IMG/VR virus record: IMGVR_UViG_3300045988_120652
DNA length: 64,000 nucleotides
Origin: a virus
Strand: one strand, 5' to 3'
Shown here in pieces: positions 61,127 through 64,000 of the stretch. The notes beneath the pieces were generated by a model. That model saw nothing but the letters and a program-made list of their open reading frames with translations, did not search any database and was not told where the DNA came from. The position numbers and the translations under genes were made by a program. The stretch's first letter is position 1. Every line of letters starts with the position of its first letter.

Positions 61127-61570
61127 TTACCCTACCCCATTCTTCTCCTCTGCATACCGTGGAATGTTGGTTACGAGAAAAGCCGTGGCGCAGTTGGGGC
61201 ATACCAATACCTGACGTGCGTTTTGCGGTTCTTGTGCGAAGAGCGGACCGAGCCGTTCACGCTCGGCATACTCCTTCAGTTTCTCGAAGCTCACCTTTGG
61301 TTCTTCGATGATGGTGCCATCGGGAGCCATGCGATAGAAGAAGTCGCGAGGGTCAACGTCTATTGCCCATGCTATCTTATAGATAGTTGACATGTTCGGG
61401 TTGCCCGAAATCATTTGCGATACGGCTGCCTTGGTTACGCCCAATCGCTCTGCCACTTCTTGAAACGATACGCCACTTCGATGCAGCGTCTCCTTGATGT
61501 TCAACTCTGTCACGGGGGTATAAGGCTGTATCACCTTGCGTCCGTCCTTCTTAATCTCAATATCTACCAT
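61127..61570 (-). CDS. XRE-family HTH regulator (CI-like repressor candidate)
   Basis: SGVSFQEVAERLGVTKAAVSQMISGNPNMSTIYKIAWAIDVDPRDFF. Confidence 0.7.
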   Translation of the reverse strand: MVDIEIKKDGRKVIQPYTPVTELNIKETLHRSGVSFQEVAERLGVTKAAVSQMISGNPNMSTIYKIAWAIDVDPRDFFYRMAPDGTIIEEPKVSFEKLKEYAERERLGPLFAQEPQNARQVLVCPNCATAFLVTNIPRYAEEKNGVG

Positions 61571-61949
61571 AATACAGTGTTGTTTTGTTTGTTTGTGTTG
61601 TGTATATAATGCAAAGTTAAGGTATTTTATTTTATTGGTCGGACATACTGTGCGTTTCGGGCGTTTTTGGTTAAGTTTGTTGTAAGAAATAAGCTTTGTG
61701 AGTGTAGTTTTTAGTTATTTTTAGGGATAAAATAGCCTTGTTTTTTTTAATAAAATATACCCTAAGAACATTGTTTTATTTCCCTATGTGTAAAGAGCCG
61801 TCTTTGCGTGCAGCCTCCTGCAATCGAATCTAAGTTTCTATTTGATAGAGAATAAGTTAGCGTTTTCGATGCCGCCGCACAACGGGCAGCAACCACCGCA
61901 CTGTAACCCATTGGTTTAGTGTCGGTTAGTCAAATCTTACCATATATTC

Positions 61950-62175
61950 GGACGCACACCCCAGACGGGGCGAGGGTGCACGGCTGGGCACAGAGGGCGC
62001 ACGGCTCAGGGCGTGAGGCATACCAGACGGGGCGAGGGTGTGGCGGTCGGTGCTCGGCTCCTGATGTGTCGGCGGTGTTAGCTGTGGATCTTGTGGCGGT
62101 CGGTGGCTCTCGTTGTCGGTGCTGTGGATGCCTGAACGGTGGCGAGGTGGTGGGTGGTGGTGGTTGCCTCTCACC
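61950..62175. repeat. G-rich GC island with imperfect direct repeats
   Basis: ccagacggggcgagggtg occurs twice (61960, 62024), gtggcggtcggtg twice and gctgtggat twice, and the island ends in ggtggtgggtggtggtggtt. It sits inside an AT-rich intergenic region. Confidence 0.6.
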
Positions 62176-62307
62176 TCTTTTAATAAGCAAGCAAGAAAAA
62201 AAATAAATATACTACAAAAAAGTTATATAAAAATTTGGTTGTATAACGTTTTTGTAGTACCTTTGCAGTGTGTTAATAAAACAAATGTTTAATCAATTAA
62301 AAACAAA

Positions 62308-62490
62308 ATGAAATGGAATGAATTAAAAAGACAGGCTTTAAAACATGGTTTCGTACTTGACAAGCACGGCAGCAAGCACGATATTTATGTTAATGAAAAA
62401 ACAGGCGTTACCGTGCAACTTGAAAGACATGGAGCTGCAGAAGCAAAAAAGGGCATCGCCTTAAAGCTTCGCAAGCAAATAGGATTCTAA
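62308..62490 (+). CDS. hicA: HicA-family toxin
   Basis: 60 aa. MKWNELKRQALKHGFVLDKHGSKHDIYVN matches the YcfA/HicA pattern (G....GS.H..Y). Confidence 0.6.
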   Translation: MKWNELKRQALKHGFVLDKHGSKHDIYVNEKTGVTVQLERHGAAEAKKGIALKLRKQIGF

Positions 62491-62547
62491 CAACAAGGGC
62501 GAGGGGGTGGCACTCCTCCCCCTCGCCTTTAAAAAGATATTAAACAG

Positions 62548-62961
62548 ATGAAAGATAATAATTTTTTTGTGACCATCGAGAAAGACAGCGACGGCACATT
62601 TATAGCGTACAACGTAGACGAAAGCCCCTACACGCTCATAGGGCGAGGGGCTACAGTGAAGGAAGCAAAGGCAGACTTTGCAAACTCCATGCAGGAAGTA
62701 AAGGCAAGCGAGGAGGAAAGGGAAGGCGCAGCCGCTCCCATTCTGTCGGCTGTGCCTGTGTTTAGCTTCGATCTCTCGTCGCTGTTTGAATATTATTCGA
62801 TGCTGAACGTGAGCGCCTTTGCGCGCTATCTGGGCATTAACGAGACTTTAATGCGTCAGTATAAGAAAGGAAATACATATATTTCTGATGTGCAACTACA
62901 AAAGATTGAAGACGGTTTGCACCGTTTAGGGGCTGACTTCCTCGGGCTTCGGCTCGTGTAA
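62548..62961 (+). CDS. hicB: HicB-family antitoxin with C-terminal HTH
   Basis: N-terminal FFVTIEKDSDGTFIAYNVDESPYTLIGRGATVKEAKADF and C-terminal LNVSAFARYLGINETLMRQYKKG. Confidence 0.6.
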   Translation: MKDNNFFVTIEKDSDGTFIAYNVDESPYTLIGRGATVKEAKADFANSMQEVKASEEEREGAAAPILSAVPVFSFDLSSLFEYYSMLNVSAFARYLGINETLMRQYKKGNTYISDVQLQKIEDGLHRLGADFLGLRLV

Positions 62962-62992
62962 GGGCTGCGCCCTTTCGTTTCATTTCATTTTA

Positions 62993-63028
62993 TCCCGACA
63001 AGGTTTTCACCCTGTCGGGATTTTTTTT
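62993..63028. terminator. Bidirectional terminator between convergent genes
   Basis: The stem cccgaca / tgtcggg is followed by tttttttt. Confidence 0.65.
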
Positions 63029-63033
63029 GCTTT

Positions 63034-63381
63034 TTATTTCTTTGCTTCTTCTTCTCGCTCCAGCTTCTCAACGATAGCGCGGAGCTGCTGCACGGTGTCG
63101 GCGGTGTAGATCTCACAACCTGCACGCACAACACCCACCAAGCCACCACCGCCACCGGCTGAACGCTGCGCCCTGGCTTGCTTCAGCTCCTCCACAACGG
63201 AAGGAGGGGCGAGGAGCTGCCACGGTTCGACATCTAAGGCGGCGGCAATGCGCTCCAGGGTGGGAAACGAGGGGCGCGAAATTGTGGCGGACACACTGGG
63301 ACGCGTAACGCCTAAAAGGTCGGCTAAAGCCTGTTGCGTCATGCCCTTTTGTGTTAATATCTCTTTTATGTATGCTTTCAT
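63034..63381 (-). CDS. XRE-family HTH regulator
   Basis: MKAYIKEILTQKGMTQQALADLLGVTRPSVSATISRPSFPTLERIAAAL. Internal Met of ORF 63034..63432. Confidence 0.7.
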   Translation of the reverse strand: MKAYIKEILTQKGMTQQALADLLGVTRPSVSATISRPSFPTLERIAAALDVEPWQLLAPPSVVEELKQARAQRSAGGGGGLVGVVRAGCEIYTADTVQQLRAIVEKLEREEEAKK

Positions 63382-63550
63382 CTTTTTATTTATTTTGTGC
63401 AAAGATACACATATTATATATAAGGTAAACAAGTGTTTACGTTAATTAATGTTTAAGGTAAAGGAATATTTTCGTATATGTTTGCTTGGTAAAGATATGT
63501 TTACTATCTTTACAAGCGAAAACAAATAACAAACAAAAAAATACAAGATT

Positions 63551-63703
63551 ATGAAAGAGAAAATAAAAGATTTCGGAGAGTTCAACGTTTTTCGCGGTTG
63601 CATGGGTTTGTATTTCAATACAAAACAGCTTCGCCCCTTGAAGAAGTACGGTATAACAGCCGCTACAACGTTAGAAGAAGCATATAACATTATTAACGAA
63701 TAA
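63551..63703 (+). CDS. Hypothetical small protein (50 aa)
   Basis: MKEKIKDFGEFNVFRGCMGLYFNTKQLRPLKKYGITAATTLEEAYNIINE. Divergent from the XRE gene. Tentative. Confidence 0.35.
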   Translation: MKEKIKDFGEFNVFRGCMGLYFNTKQLRPLKKYGITAATTLEEAYNIINE

Positions 63704-63712
63704 TATAGCAAT

Positions 63713-63922
63713 ATGGATTTTAACGAACTTACAACGATTTCGGGGGCGGTTGTCTTCATCAAACGCCCCGCCCCCTGGAACTGGCAAGCTATAGACGATA
63801 AAGGCGTAATTTGTGCAGCTCCTACAAAAAGAGAGTGCCAGCGCAAAGTAAATGTAATGCGCAAGGCTGGGCGTTATTCTCCATCCTTGGATAAATCAAC
63901 GTGTAAAGGCTTCCCGCAATGA
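63713..63922 (+). CDS. Hypothetical small protein
   Basis: 69-aa ORF. Its 3' end overlaps a possible convergent ORF. Confidence 0.4.
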   Translation: MDFNELTTISGAVVFIKRPAPWNWQAIDDKGVICAAPTKRECQRKVNVMRKAGRYSPSLDKSTCKGFPQ

Positions 63923-64000
63923 GGACACACAAGGCGCACGCCTTGCCCCGTCTCTTGCGGTGTGCTGGCTGCAACCTCTTCAGGGCTGGCAAAAAGTTGC
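63874..64000 (-). CDS. Partial CDS entering from the right edge (C-terminal zinc-ribbon-like CPHCG)
   Basis: The minus-strand frame reads ..QETGQGVRLVCPHCGKPLHVDLSKDGE*. It is truncated by the window, so tentative. Confidence 0.25.
   Translation of the reverse strand, partial: QLFASPEEVAASTPQETGQGVRLVCPHCGKPLHVDLSKDGE

Noticed and set aside
60014-61390. Plus-strand ORFs 60014..60364, 60383..60595 and 60926..61390.
   Set aside because: They cross the hairpin and repeat arrays, or lie antisense to the lipoprotein and XRE genes. Their translations are implausible (Phe/Leu/Cys-rich).
61919-62206. Three overlapping ORFs (95, 82 and 86 aa) in the GC island as protein-coding genes.
   Set aside because: They are Pro/Arg/Gly-rich low-complexity translations on both strands of a repeat region, which is typical of compositional artefacts. 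The region is kept as an unexplained DNA or RNA feature instead.
1-64000. tRNA, tmRNA, rRNA, integrase, transposase and large-terminase genes.
   Set aside because: I saw no cloverleaf-like sequence in the intergenic gaps and no recombinase or terminase (Walker A plus nuclease) motifs in any ORF. This is a by-eye search only, so tRNAscan-SE and HMM searches should confirm it.

Overview
This 64-kb window looks like a gene-dense segment of a tailed dsDNA phage or prophage. The host is probably Bacteroidales-like. That is an inference from long co-directional operons, 4-8 nt stop/start overlaps, A/C-rich leaders (AACACAACAACACAAAA) in place of Shine-Dalgarno sites, lipobox lipoproteins, and HU-HIG-like, LysR and XRE regulators. 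Gene order, left to right: (1) a minus-strand DNA-modification operon (18-3818) with two amino-methyltransferases and a PAPS-reductase-like gene; (2) a holin-like gene, two unknown genes and a 2067-aa tape measure protein; (3) an ~870-bp AT-rich iteron region followed by a primase-like gene, a dNMP/guanylate-kinase-like gene, a divergent ThyX and MazG; (4) a head module with an S49 protease/scaffold and a capsid candidate; (5) a LysR gene bracketed by terminators and a run of small membrane or Cys-rich proteins; (6) YopX; (7) an unusual C5-cytosine methyltransferase locus (29031-33961); (8) an HU-like gene, an SPFH lipoprotein, a portal candidate and a third amino-MTase; (9) baseplate and tail-fibre genes; (10) a complete diversity-generating retroelement (DGR: VR 55329-55442, TR 55685-55798, RT 56025-57413); (11) a lysis cassette with a GH24 lysozyme; (12) an accessory and regulatory region with a reverse-strand lipoprotein, two XRE regulators and HicAB. 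The most novel signal is the C5-MTase locus. A circularly permuted catalytic core that lacks its own target-recognition domain (TRD) is flanked by 16 tandem, overlapping minigenes. Each minigene encodes a different TRD-like peptide with a shared C-terminal tail. I found no terminase large subunit, integrase, tRNA, rRNA or CRISPR array in the window. All calls come from reading motifs by eye, no database or structure search was run, and hypothetical CDS rest only on ORF length and operon packing.
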